From positions 372,001 to 436,000 of the forward strand of contig NIVC01000211.1 of NCBI GenBank assembly GCA_002269645.1: a stretch of 64,000 nt of DNA, in the 5' to 3' direction. Source of the stretch: Macrostomum lignano. Taxonomy: Eukaryota. The notes beneath the pieces were generated by a model, which worked only from the letters and a program-made list of their open reading frames with translations, did no database searches and was not told the origin of the DNA. Each line of letters opens with the position of its first letter. Within the stretch, counting starts at the first letter, position 1. Positions 11,681 through 24,348 of this stretch are shown piece by piece. Position numbers and translations under genes: made by a program.

Positions 11681-12971
11681 ACTTATCGTCGCTATTTACC
11701 AACATTAACAAATATAAACTAATAGTGTTACTAAAAAGTATAAATAACAGAAAAGATTTTCAAATAGATATTCGTGTATGTAACGAAGTATTATGTTAGA
11801 TTAAATTCTGTATTATTTAGTGAGTTCAGATTTAGTACCGCTAATTTACTTGTTTCTAAGAAAATGACTTTTGCCATTAGGGCCTTTCGAAGTGGCTCTA
11901 GCCTCTTACAGATTTAAAGTGTTCAAATTAGCTGTACCGTACCGAAATGCTAGATAGCGGCACTAAATTTAGCGGGGCCCATCACTAGCAGTGGTGCGTC
12001 GAATGGGCTGGAAAGTGAAACTTGCAACTTTAATTATTTCTAATTTTAGCATCCTTAAAGAAGTAAAATGGTGAACAAAGATTGACAGTGACACTGACCT
12101 GTATATAATCTGTATATTGTATGGGTGAAGACAAATTAGACAATAGTTCCAAAATTATAAAAATGAATGGCACAGCTTGACTTATGCTTAGGCCCTATGG
12201 TTTATGAATATATTTAATATTTGGCAGTGCTTATCCCCACGGTACCGTAGGAATAATTTCTGTCTTATTCCAACGGTACCGTGCGAATAATTTTCTGCTT
12301 ATCCGCACGGCACACTGACGAGATAGCTGCCCTATCTTCTACATATGCCGTGGGAATAATTTTCTGCTTATCCGCACGGCACACTGACGAGATAGCTGCC
12401 CTACACGTCCTCTGTTTTATTCCCTCTGCTTTACTAGCTGCCCTATCGGTTTTTATCTGCTACATATATATGCTGTGCGTGAATAGTTTATAGCTTATTG
12501 AAAGGGAATTTGAACTGAGGATACTAAGAAGCTGTTGATCTTGATGATGTATAAACTCGAATCAGTTCTAGACTAGTATATGCATGTGTAAATGCGTGTT
12601 ATTCTGCTTTACTGATACCCTTCTGTATACTTATTCAACAATAATTCAACAAAGTTGTTATACTGCACTCAAATCGTATGTACTAAACTTCCCACACGGC
12701 ATATGTAGAAGATAGGGCAGCTATCTCGTCAGTGTGCCGTGCGGATAAGCAGAAAATTATTCGCACGGCATATGTAGAAGGGTTTCCAGTTGATTCGTCT
12801 GCCGCCAATTCGTCTGCTCAGCAGACGAACTGGCAAACGAATTCGTCTGCTAGCCAATAAGATTAGAGGAAGAAAAGGAGGGAAAGGGTGATGGAAACCT
12901 GCTTTAATCTTCTTATAATGAATGATTTTCTCGCTGTATATAGTATAGGCTATATGTGTAGTGTAACAGTG

Positions 12972-13490
12972 TTATATAGTACATAAATATTCAGAATATG
13001 TAATACAATATGGTAACTGCACGACTCGTGACTCGATCTCCTGATCTACAGTTAAAAACGAGTACTTATTGTATTTCCTAAATTTACACCCAGCTTTACC
13101 TCCATTTCTTCCCAGAATATAACCACGGGAAGATACAAGCAAATCGCCGCCACGTTCGCTTACGCCCCGCTTTAGTTGAAACTGCTCTGGCTCCACGTGC
13201 ATTACTTGAGCAGGAAGAGCTGCCGGTGGCGCGGCGAAAGCTGCTGGTGGATCGGCAAAAGCTGGCAGATCGGCGAAAGCTGCTGGTGGATCGGCAAAGG
13301 CTGCAGGCAGATCGGCGGGAGCTGCTGGTGGCTCGGCGAAAGCTGCTGGTGGATCGGCAAAGGCTGCAGGCAGATCGGCGGGAGCTGCTGGTGGCTCGGC
13401 GAAAGCTGCTGGTGGATCGGCAAAGGCTGCAGGCAGATCGGCGGGAGCTGCTGGTGGCTCGGCGAAAGCTGCTGGCGGATCGGCTGAACC
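12972..13490 (-). pseudogene. Transposon gene remnant: Pro/Ala-rich 21-aa repeat linker followed by a FLYWCH-like start
   Basis: Minus frame DPPAAFAEPPAAPADLPAAFA (63-bp repeats) continues into QLKRGVSERGGDLLVSSRGY, resembling the S-x-RG-x3-L-V-x2-GY start of FLYWCH domains. Confidence 0.5.
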
Positions 13491-13719
13491 CAGATCAGAA
13501 AACTGGCTTGTGCCAACCTTACCAGTACCATTGAGCGTCTGCGTCTGTGTGTGAAAAATTTGTTATCGCTTTGTTATCACTACGAGATTTACATCAAGCT
13601 TAAACTTTGCAGCATGACCGAAAATATCAACAATTACATGTACCGTAGCATAGCATGTAAACAGTAATTAATATATAATAGAATCCTTTATACTACAGTA
13701 GCTGCTGCCAGTCTCTTAC

Positions 13720-13834
13720 CTCATTTTTTCCAGTGCACTTTGAGCATTGCCAATTAAAGGAATGTTCCATCAAAGCATGGTATTCCTTTCGGCTCAAACC
13801 AGTGCCGCAAAGACGGTGCTGCCATAGCTGACAA
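13720..13834 (-). pseudogene. C-terminal half of a PHD finger (CQLWQHRLCGTGLSRKEYHALMEHSFNWQCSKC)
   Basis: Minus-strand translation ending at a gag|gtaag donor. Joins the + strand half at 14126-14201 through the duplicated 8-mer ttgtcagc. Confidence 0.8.
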
Positions 13835-14125
13835 GGTTTCCAGTTGATTCGTCTGCCGCCAATTCGCTCAGCAGACGAATTGGTTTGCAACGTTTTGCCT
13901 ACTCGTCTGCTGCGGCAACCAATGAAATTAGGCCTGCTCCTATACCACTCAATTCTTCATTACATCGCATCCACCCCAGCTAAAGTTTTTGTATACAGTT
14001 TTAATAAAGCCATCGTTTTGAACATCATTTCAATAAGATGACAGTTAAATATTCAACGTGTTAAAGGATTCATTTTAATAATTATAACAAAAACACATTC
14101 AATATAGTGTGTGCGCTACTGAAAT

Positions 14126-14201
14126 ATGACTGACATGTGCATTGAATGCCAGAAAGAAGTGAGTTATCGGCAGCATGCTTTACAGTGCGATTCTTGTCAG
14201 C
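14126..14201 (+). pseudogene. N-terminal half of a PHD finger (MTDMCIECQKEVSYRQHALQCDSCQ)
   Basis: Plus-strand translation interrupted at 14202 by a transposon terminus gggtgccagtcaattcgtc. The joined peptide has a full C4HC3 ligand set. Confidence 0.8.
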
Positions 14202-16479
14202 GGGTGCCAGTCAATTCGTCTGCTGAGCAGACGAACTGGCGGCAGGGTAAATCTCAAACACAAAAGTAAAAAATTTGACAAAAAATAAAAGTTCTGTGGC
14301 ATGCAAAATAATGCTTTACCTCTGAAGATTAAACAATAATATAATAATTTTTCTTCTTAAAACCACAAGTTGGCCTGAATTTCAAGAAAGAATGCTGTTT
14401 GTTTTTTCGAAGGGTATTCTGACAACGATTAATACCGAAGATTAACAGTTTGTTCATTTAACATATAAAATTGTAGTTTTTGTTTTTTTAGAGTTAAATT
14501 TCTATTGGTTTGTAGTATACACAAAATATTCTTTGTTTTTAAGCAACATTTTGTTATAAATTGAGGCTGTTTATAGTTACTTAATTTAACGTGCTAAGAA
14601 TCTGCCTGATTTAATATAAACGGAATATACGGTACCTAAACCATTTTTTATATATATATCGACAACATATCCCGTTGATGGACTGATAATGAACGGAGTT
14701 TATTATTGATGGCAATGAAACGATGCCAATTGGGTTATTTATTTTTACTAAAATTTAATATGGCGAAACCTACAAATTCTGTAATATTCAGACTGACACC
14801 GATGGATCATGGATCTAGTATTCAACTTGAACATATTTTCAAATATGATAACATTAGAGGAATATATTAAATACATTGGCAAAAACAAATTAGAATATTT
14901 CTATGGATTACCAAACATTAGAGCTCAAAATATACACATAAGATCAAAATTGAATATCATTACAAGCGAATTCATCAAAGATTTTCATACAAAAATAAAC
15001 AAACTGCTTACTTAAGTATGTTAGTTGGCTAAATGGTAAAAACCCATATAATGAACTTAATAAGGTCTATACTTCTTTAGTAAAATCACAAGAACATGCA
15101 ATAAAAAACTACTCTTTGTTTAGTATTTTTCTAAATAATAACAAGTTTTGGGAACATTTACATGCTTATGAGCAGAGTAAACTTACACCTTACAGGAAAT
15201 TTTGTGCTCATAAAAAAGTCAAAATGTAACATCAATAGGCATAAGTAAGTAACAATGCATTGACAGTCGCAGATAAAACAAAATAACAATATTTAAAATG
15301 TCTCTGAAAGAATGAATCACTAAAGATCAAAATGTTTGGCGTTGTTTATCAGAAAACCTACACCTTACAGGAATTTTTCAACAGTAGACAAGTGTCATGC
15401 AATTAAGACAGGGCTAAATAAGTTCATAAATATTGAAAACACAGCCGTAAAATATCCACAAGCTCACAGATAAAGGTTTTCCCCTATATTTTCAGTCATT
15501 GTCCCATAGACAAAAATAGTACACGTACACAAAAGAGCGTTATGAAACAAAAAAACGTACTTAAAGTACAAGTCAGAAAAATACGTTTTCGGCACCCGAG
15601 TGGCATCGATAAAAACCCGGACTAAAGGTACAAAAACGAGTGCATAAGATCGGGTAAATGCCATGTCATATGCCACGGTGACATGTCTTCTACCCAATTA
15701 AAAGCGGGCTTGTGTATAAATCCAATGAACTAATTTCGGCGCATAATTAAAATCGTTATTTTGCTGCTTTTAATATAGATCGATGGATTAGTTCAAACAG
15801 TGGAAAGAAGTTTCATTGATACTGCAATATTACTAGTTGCATTGCAAAGTGTAGAGTATTTAAATCAGAATGAGAACTGTTATCAGGGAACTGTCTATTT
15901 ATAATACCTTTAAACATTTAATAAAAGAAGGCCTAACCATCTATACAGGCCTATTATGTAGGGTATACTGTATATAGATCTTTTTAATTTATAAAGACCT
16001 ATCTTTGTTCATTTATTTTTAATCAATGCTAAGCCTCCACTATAATTATATGTTATTAAAATATATCATTATAAAATAGTTGGGCCCTATACTAGCTAGG
16101 GTTATACTTAGAGCTTGCAAATTTATATCAAATTTATATCCAACATTTTTCTAATCCTGATCTTTTTAGAAATTTAGCTTTTCTTTAGCTTAGTAAGTTA
16201 GTATTTTTAGAATAGATATAATTTTTTAGCCTTTATATATTTTTTTCAATTTAGTTTCTTTTCTAGCTAAATTCCTTATTTGAATTTTTAGTTTAAATTA
16301 ATCTTTAAAAGCTACTTTATCCTTAAGCCTAGCCTTAATTTGTCTAACAATATAGCTTTCCCTTATCTTAATCATAATCCTTTAAAGAATCTAGTAGCTC
16401 TATAACCCTAATCCTTTAAGTAATCTATCCTCTCTCTTATCTTAATCATCTAAGAAATTTAGCCACTTTCCTATCTCAA

Positions 16480-19400
16480 TCCTCTAGGAATTTAGCTGCT
16501 TTCTTATCTAAATCTTCTAGGGCATCTAGCCACTCCCAATTCCCAATCTTCTGGGGAATTCAGCCACCCTCCCTTCTCAATCCTCTAGGGAATCCAGCTG
16601 CTTTCTTATCCAGATCTTCTAAGGAATCCAGGCACTCCCCTTTCCCAATCCTCTGAATAATCTAGCTGCTTTCTTATCCAAATCCTTTAGGGAATCCAGC
16701 CACTTCTCTTTCCCAATCCTCTAGAAAATCCAGCCACTCCATTTTCCCAATCCTCTAGGAAATTTAGCTGCTTTTTTATCCAAATCCTCTAGAGAATCTA
16801 GCCACTCCTCTTTCCTAATCCTCTAGGGAATATAGCCCCTCCTCTTTACAAACCCTCTGCGGAATCTAGCCAATCCCCTTTCCTAATCCTTTGGGGAATC
16901 TAGCCACTCCCCTTCCCAATACTCTAGGGAATTTAGCTGCTTTCTTATCCAAATCCTCTAGGGAATCTAGCCACTCCCCTTTACAAATCTTTTAGGGAAT
17001 CCAGCCACTCCCCATTCCCAATCCTCTGGGGAATCTAGCCACTCCCCTTTCCTAATCCTCTGGGGAATCCAGCCACTCCCCTTTCCTAATCCTCTGGGGA
17101 ATCTAGCCACTCACCTTTCCTAATCCTTTGGGGAATCCAGCCACTCCCCTTTCCTAATCCTCTGGGGAATCCAGCCACTCACCTTTCCTAATCCTCTGGG
17201 GAATCTAGAGACTCCCCTTTCCTAATCCTCTGGGGAATCCAGAGACTCCCCTTTCCTAATCCTCTGGGGAATCCAGCCACTCCCCTTTCCTAATCCTCTG
17301 GGGAATCCAATCCAGCCACTCCCCATTCCCAATCCTCTGGGGAATCCAATCCAGCCACTCCCCTTTCCCAATCCTCTAGAAAATCCAGCCACTCCATTTT
17401 CCCAATCCTCTAGGAAATTTAGCTGCTTTTTTATCCAAATCCTCAAGAGAATCTAGCCACTCCCCTTTACAAATCTTTTAGGGAATCCAGCCACTCCCCT
17501 TTCCTAATCCTCTGGGGAATCCAGCCACTCACCTTTCCTAATCCTCTGGGGAATCCAGCCACTCACCTTTCCTAATCCTCTGGGGAATCCAGCCACTCCC
17601 CTTTCCCAATCCTCTAGGGAATCCAGCCACTCCCCTTTCCCAATCCTCTGGGGAATCAAGCCACGACCCTTTCCCAATCCTCTGGGGAATCAAGCCACGA
17701 CCCTTTCCCAATCCTCTGGGGAATCCAGCCACTCTTTTCCCAATCCTCTGGGGAATCCAGCCACTCCCCTTTCCTAATCCTCTGGGGAATCCAGCCACTC
17801 AACTTTCCTAATCCTCTGGGGAATCCAGAGACTCCCCTTTCCTAATCCTCTGGGGAATCCAGCCACTCCCCTTTCCTAATCCTCTGGGGAATCCAGCCAC
17901 TCCCCTTTCCTAATCCTCTGGGGAATCCAGCCACCCCTTTCCTAATCCTTTAGGGAATCCAGCCACTCCATTTTCCCAATCCTCTAGAAAATCCAGCCAC
18001 TCCATTTTCCCAATCCTCTAGGAAATTTAGCTGCTTTTTTATCCAAATCCTCTAGAGAATCTAGCCACTCCTCTTTCCTAATCCTCTAGGGAATATAGCC
18101 CCTCCTCTTTACAAACCCTCTGCGGAATCTAGCCAATCCCCTTTCCTAATCCTTTGGGGAATCTAGCCACTCCCCTTCCCAATACTCTAGGGAATTTAGC
18201 TGCTTTCTTGTCCAAATCCTCTAGGGAATCTAGCCACTCCCCTTTACAAATCTTTTAGGGAATCCAGCCACTCCCCATTCCCAATCCTCTGGGGAATCCA
18301 GCCACTCCCCTTTCCTAATCCTCTGGGGAATCCAGCCACTCCCCTTTCCTAATCCTTTGGGGAATCCAGCCACTCCCCTTTTCTAATCCTTTGGGGAATC
18401 CAGCCACTCCCCTTTCCTAATCCTCTGGGGAATCCAGCCACTCCCCATTCCCAATCCTCTGGGGAATCCAGCCACTCTTTTCCCAATCCTCTAGGGAATC
18501 CAGCCACTCTCCTTTCCTAATCCTCTGGGGAATCTAGCCACTTCTCTTTCCCAATCCTCTGGGGAATTTAGCTGCTTTCTTATCCAAATCCTCTAGGGAA
18601 TCCAGCCACTCCCCTTTCCCAATCCTCTGGGGAATCCAGCCACTCCCCTTTCCCAATCCTCTAGGGAATCCAGCCACTCTCCTTTCCTAATCCTCTGGGG
18701 AATCTAGCCACTTCTCTTTCCCAATCCTCTGGGGAATTTAGCTGCTTTCTTATCCAAATCCTCTAGGGAATCCAGCCACTCCCCTTTACAAATCCTCTGG
18801 GGAATCCAGCCACGCCCCTTTCCTAATCCTCTGGGGAATCCAGCCACTCCCCTTTCCTAATCCTCTGGGGAATCCAGCCACTCCCCTTTCCTAATCCTTT
18901 GGGGAATCCAGCCACTCCCCTTTTCTAATCCTTTGGGGAATCCAGCCACTCCCCTTTCCTAATCCTCTGGGGAATCCAGCCACTCCCCATTCCCAATCCT
19001 CTGGGGAATCCAGCCACTCTTTTCCCAATCCTCTGGGGAATCCAGCCACTCCCCTTTCCTAATCCTCTGGGGAATCCAGCCACTCCCCATTCCTAATCCT
19101 CTGGGGAATCCAGCCACTCCCCTTTCCTAATCCTCTGGGGAATCTAGCCACTCCCCTTTCCTAATCCTCTGGGGAATCCAGCCACTCCCCTTTCCCAATC
19201 CTCTGGGGAATCCAGCCACTCCCCTTTCCCAATCCTCTAGGGAATCCAGCCACTCTCCTTTCCTAATCCTCTGGGGAATCTAGCCACTTCTCTTTCCCAA
19301 TCCTCTGGGGAATTTAGCTGCTTTCTTATCCAAATCCTCTAGGGAATCCAGCCACTCCCCTTTCCCAATCCTCTGGGGAATCCAGCCACTCCCCTTTCCC

Positions 19401-19700
19401 AATCCTCTAGGGAATCCAGCCACTCTCCTTTCCTAATCCTCTGGGGAATCTAGCCACTTCTCTTTCCCAATCCTCTGGGGAATTTAGCTGCTTTCTTATC
19501 CAAATCCTCTAGGGAATCCAGCCACTCCCCTTTACAAATCCTCTGGGGAATCCAGCCACGCCCCTTTCCTAATCCTCTGGGGAATCCAGCCACTCCCCTT
19601 TCCTAATCCTCTGGGGAATCCAGCCACTTTCCTTTCCCAATCCTCTGGTGAGTCTAGCCACTCTTCTTTCCCAATTGTCTTAGGAATCCAGCCTGCAATA
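16480..19700 (+). repeat. 34-bp minisatellite array in left TIR (ggggaatccagccactcccctttcctaatcctct)
   Basis: Tandem array, increasingly C>T/G>A-degenerate toward 16480; inverted counterpart at 31090-33560. Confidence 0.95.
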
Positions 19701-19836
19701 TTATTCGTCGTTGGATCCAGCTTTTCCAGCATTTCTGCTTTGCTATCAACAGTTGTATTTAGCTGATAGTTTTTTCTTGCTAATTTGATTTAATTTATCT
19801 ACGCTGGTAAACTATCATATAATTTATTTTGCTTTC

Positions 19837-22800
19837 ATGGGCCGCTCAAAGAAGTATCTGAAGGTGCGAATCAACGGGCGCACAAGGCAGCTGTCTGGTG
19901 TAGGGAAAACGAGTGTCCTAAAACGAAGTCTCACAACCGCTCACGTGCTAGAAAGTAGTGGTGCAAGTGTCCCGGATGATTGTGAGACTGTTGTAAATTC
20001 TCATGTAGATGGCCCCAGTACTAGCGGAGTGCATTGTGACTGGGAAGATGTGAGTCCTAAAAACAGGCCTGAGATCCTTTCGGCCTTCTTGAAAGCTGTA
20101 GAGGTAGGAGTTTGTGCCCAATGTTTGAAAGTTGGCTCTGCATACTGTCCACAGTGTTCAGCATTTTTCTGTGATGAATGTGTCCGAACTCGTCATATTG
20201 GCCTTGTACATTCCGCGTACCAGGTAAATAATTAATTATCTTCAATTCATTCAAAAATATTCTATTCAATTCATTAATCCTCTACGATTGAGTGAGCACA
20301 TTTTTAAGAGACATAAAATTTCAGAATCGAGAGCCTCTTGACCTAAGTATCAAGTTTGCGTGTGGCTGCACGCCTGGCTCATCATTAAAAGTGACGCTTT
20401 TGGACGCTTTTGGAGGAAAGTTATTTTTACCTTCTATTGTGGCACGAACTAAAATAACTAATTAATCAAATCTTGTATCCTGCAAAGTTTGCTTTTGGAA
20501 ATCTACTAACCTTAATTGTTCTACTTAATGTACCTCTCCTTGTAGGTTACCATTCGGCCATTATCGATGCTTGTGCTAGTTGTCATTGTACTGAATTTCT
20601 CGTTGCTCGTAACTATTTTCCTTTGTCCGACCGTACTTCAGTCTTCGCATCTTTCGAACTGTTGAACAGTTTAGATTCCATCATGATACACGGAATTACA
20701 TCATTATCGAAGGCTTGTACCATCCTTCAGAACAGAAGAATCGTTTTTGGCCAGCGACCGAACGTAATTTCTTTAGTCTAACTTTTTAATGAGCGGAATC
20801 AATTTTAAATTAGACTTTTAGATTATCAATTCACGATGAACCATTAGGTCAATTCTACCATTCCTCCCTCGAATGGCAAATGTATTACTACAATCCAGTG
20901 GAGTGAGACAGTGCAGTAAAAATAATTGAAGCCCAACATACTCGTAAACCTTTTATTTTTACTCTAAGGGCTCTTAGAGTAAAATGTTTAGAGTAAGATG
21001 TTTCAAAAATGTTTTTATTAATTTACTGCAGCGGGATCTGTACTATGACCTTCGACGAAACAACACCCTCGGCCTGTATCGAGAATTTTTAGCTGAAGTC
21101 GCACAATTTCCTTCTGTGTGCACTTTATGCCGATCGAAAGATTTGGTGAGACAAAGATGAATGCTTTGTGATGAAATTTTTAATGTGAAGAGCTTTTCAT
21201 TTATCAGAAATATTACTGTCTTTGACTTAGGGACCCATCCTGCACGGCGACGCCCTAATGGGGTGGAGGCGTCGAGCTGCTGTAGGAGCGGAGATTTTCC
21301 AGGACCCTCTGGACGCAGATCTGCCGTTTCCGTTTGCGCGTGTTGATCTGTCTGGACAAGCCATTGCACCTGCACGCGGCGCTTGCCCGAACTGGACTGC
21401 AGGAGAAACATCTTACATTTGTCGTGCATCCTCAAAGCTGGACGTCAAAGGCTTTTTTATTGTTGCCTGTCGCCATGGGTTTATCTGGTCGTGCTCTGAT
21501 GTGCGCACTCCTGGAGAGCGGTGTGTTTATATGTGTTTTTTTTATTTATTGTGCCTTCACGGTAAGAAATGACTAACAGAATATTTTTGGCTCTTTTTAC
21601 TGATGCAAATCAGCTTCTTTTTTTCTACATTTAGTCTCATCTACCCTACAACTCTACTGCGAGCAGCAGTGCAACGTCTTGGCGTCCAGGAGGAGTCCGT
21701 GACGTTTGTGTATGATGTCGCGTGTAAAATTGGAAGCAAAGTGAAATCAAAGCTTGCTGTGCCGGTTTTTCACGCTTATGGCCACGAGTCTAAATGCCGT
21801 GTAAGTTCAGCTAGAAGTGTTTCTTGGTTATTTAAAATAATCATCTCACGGGTTCACTCATGCTAGGTGATGCTAGGTGATAGTAGGTTAATGCGTATTG
21901 CGTACAGTATTTATATTTCGCAATAAATCCATAAAACTCAAGTAGTTGTTAAACGTATGGTCGTATTTCTATAATGTAATGAGTAATAATTACTTAATAA
22001 TTTCCTTCCAATTTAGCTGAACAACTCAATCCGCGTTACCTCTGGAACTGGCATCACCGACGGCGAGATCTGCGAACGCATTTTTTCGTTTTTACGTCCC
22101 TACGGGCGCATATTAAAAGAGATGCGGATCGACCGGCGCACCAGACTCATCGCACATATCATTGGGATGTATCATCTGCGTTTGGATTTCGGTTAGCTAG
22201 CCAATAACAATTTTTTGTCTGCCGCTTTACAAAAGTGACGTGTCAATGTCTAGCTGTCCAATTTTTTATTTCATTCTGACGAGTATGTTAATTTTTCCAC
22301 AGAGTCGTGGCTGGTATCGAGAGATAAGCTTCTTTCAAAGAAAAAGTATCTGATTGATCAGAAAGTTCGTGAAGTTCGACAGCTCGTACCACAAGCAGGT
22401 TAGTTGATGCATATGCAGCGTTTGGATGTTACCGTTTATCTCTTCGCGTACTCATTTCATAAATGAAACGAGTATAAACTCAAATTTCGTATGCGTAGAT
22501 GCTGAAATTACTACTAATTACCAAAATTTTAGACTTCACCTACCAGCAGTTGCTGCAATTAGGTGAACAATGGCTTCGCGAAGATGCACATGCGGCTACT
22601 CAGCGAACCAGCGATTGGCTTCAAAAGATGCGCCGGCTTGCAGTCGAGAAGCGGCAGGCCTTGAACGCACTTAATAGATGCATTGGTAAATCACATCGCG
22701 TAATATATACGAGTACTTATAAATTCAGTGTCAAAACCTTTTTTGCCATCTTATCATCTATCCAAATCAGTATCATTAATTTGCGTAAATGCTAAATTTT

Positions 22801-23165
22801 ACCCACCAGGTTCGCACCAGAGTCGTCTGCTGACGCGCAAAGTTGATGTACTACGCACAGAAATGAAGAAAGTGCTCGAATCCAGCGGAAGCCAGTATAC
22901 ATTGAAGGAGCTGGAAAACGCTTCGTCGGCGATATACTCCCGTCTTGATAACCACACCATCCGGCCTTTTCCTCTCGCTGTGCAGCTTGCGGCTATTGAA
23001 ATTTTCACCACTTCTATTCGCTCAACAGAAGAAGTCCAGCGGGTCAATGCGGAACGAGATTCTCTAGCTCGATTTAACTCATTTAGGTTGCCCATTACAG
23101 AGGTCTGCAGCAACAAAAGTTCCGACTGCTCGGGCTCATCTTCATCGGAGGACGAACTTGATTGA
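19837..23165 (+). pseudogene. Spliced KDZ-family transposase with N-terminal Cys/His zinc clusters (B-box-like, CxC-like); apparent lesions
   Basis: Exons approx. 19837-20223, 20325-20415, 20546-20763, 20814-20902, 21032-21145, 21231-21520, 21635-21800, 22017-~22166, ~22302-22388, ~22531-22686, 22810-23165. Motifs ILHGDALMG (D), LDVKGFFIVACRHG...GER, FVYDVAC (D), PVFHAYGHESKC, GTGITDGEICERIFS (E), KEM..R match KDZ transposases. Apparent frameshifts near 21085 and 22040 and a GA donor at 20416. Confidence 0.85.
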
Positions 23166-24348
23166 TAACTAAAGTGCATCAGCAACTTTGGTACATTTTG
23201 ATAACTTTTCAACCATGCTTATTTGTAAAAAAAAGTCGTATTCAATTGTTTGTTCAATTACTGAACTACAATATTGCTTAACTTTTTGCTGAGTGTTGCG
23301 ATTTATATTGTATTTGTGGGGTCTAGTAACTTAACTAAGTTATGCTAAGATGCCCCAGGAAAAGTAAGGATAGTTCTGATTGCATTAATTGGGGTCAGGG
23401 TCGGTCGGGTTTTGGTACCGGGTTCGGGGTTTAAAAACATTTTCGTACAAAAAATAAGTATGCATAGTAATGACTGTCCCAGTCTCTCACCACACATCAG
23501 CTGAGCATTTTTTCACCATCTGCCCCGCATTTATGCGAGCCATCTTAGCATTACTTACGAGCTACACTTGGCCTATGTACACAAATGATATCAGTTTCTG
23601 CCATCATTATGACTTATTTCCGCTTCCTACAATGTAATGTGCTACTCATTTTAAGTGACAAAGCAGAGAAAGCCTCATGCATCATTTCAATGCCTGTAAT
23701 TTATTTTTGTATATTTTTACTTGTTCTTGTTCTCCTTTTGTATAGTTTTTACTTTCAAGATGAGATCAGACCACACATCTGTTCTTGTAATATTTAACGA
23801 TCCGCACAAGCAAGCGTGACATAAAGAGCAAGTAAGTTTTTCTTTGTGTCAATTTAAACAAAAAAATACTAATATCTATATGCATGTTTAATTAAATTAC
23901 ATTAAGCAACGAATTTCTGCTGTTTTACTAGGAGTATAAATACGAATTACTTTATCAAGAGAAATTTTTCAAGTTTCGCCTTCGCGTAGTGCACGGTTTT
24001 TTGCATCTTATTTGCAAACTTTTGAGAAAGAAAGGGTCTGTCAATTTAAGCTCATAAAGTGGAGCCCGAGTAACATGTAACATGTCGATCGAGTACTGAT
24101 CAAGCGACATTGAAACAGTCCGCTCCTTTTTGCCAATATGATCAAGGACCTTAATCGCACCCTTATCGGCTGTACGTGTAAATTTTCATACGGCTGAATG
24201 CAGATAATGTTACATGACTTACTTGCAATACATGTAGGAGCGTACATGCAGTGTACATGTAAGTCTGCAGGCTACGCACCCACGCTGACAGCATTTTGTC
24301 AATCGATATGGACACTCAGCAAATGAAGTTAGAACCCCCCCCCCGAAC

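Noticed and set aside
14660-14730. Myb/SANT-like fragment WTDNERSLLLMAMKRC
   Set aside because: Very short, preceded by an in-frame stop and not extendable; could be chance.
16480-19700. Regular 34-bp repeats as a CRISPR-like array
   Set aside because: Units are head-to-tail with no unique spacers, the context is eukaryotic and no cas genes are present.
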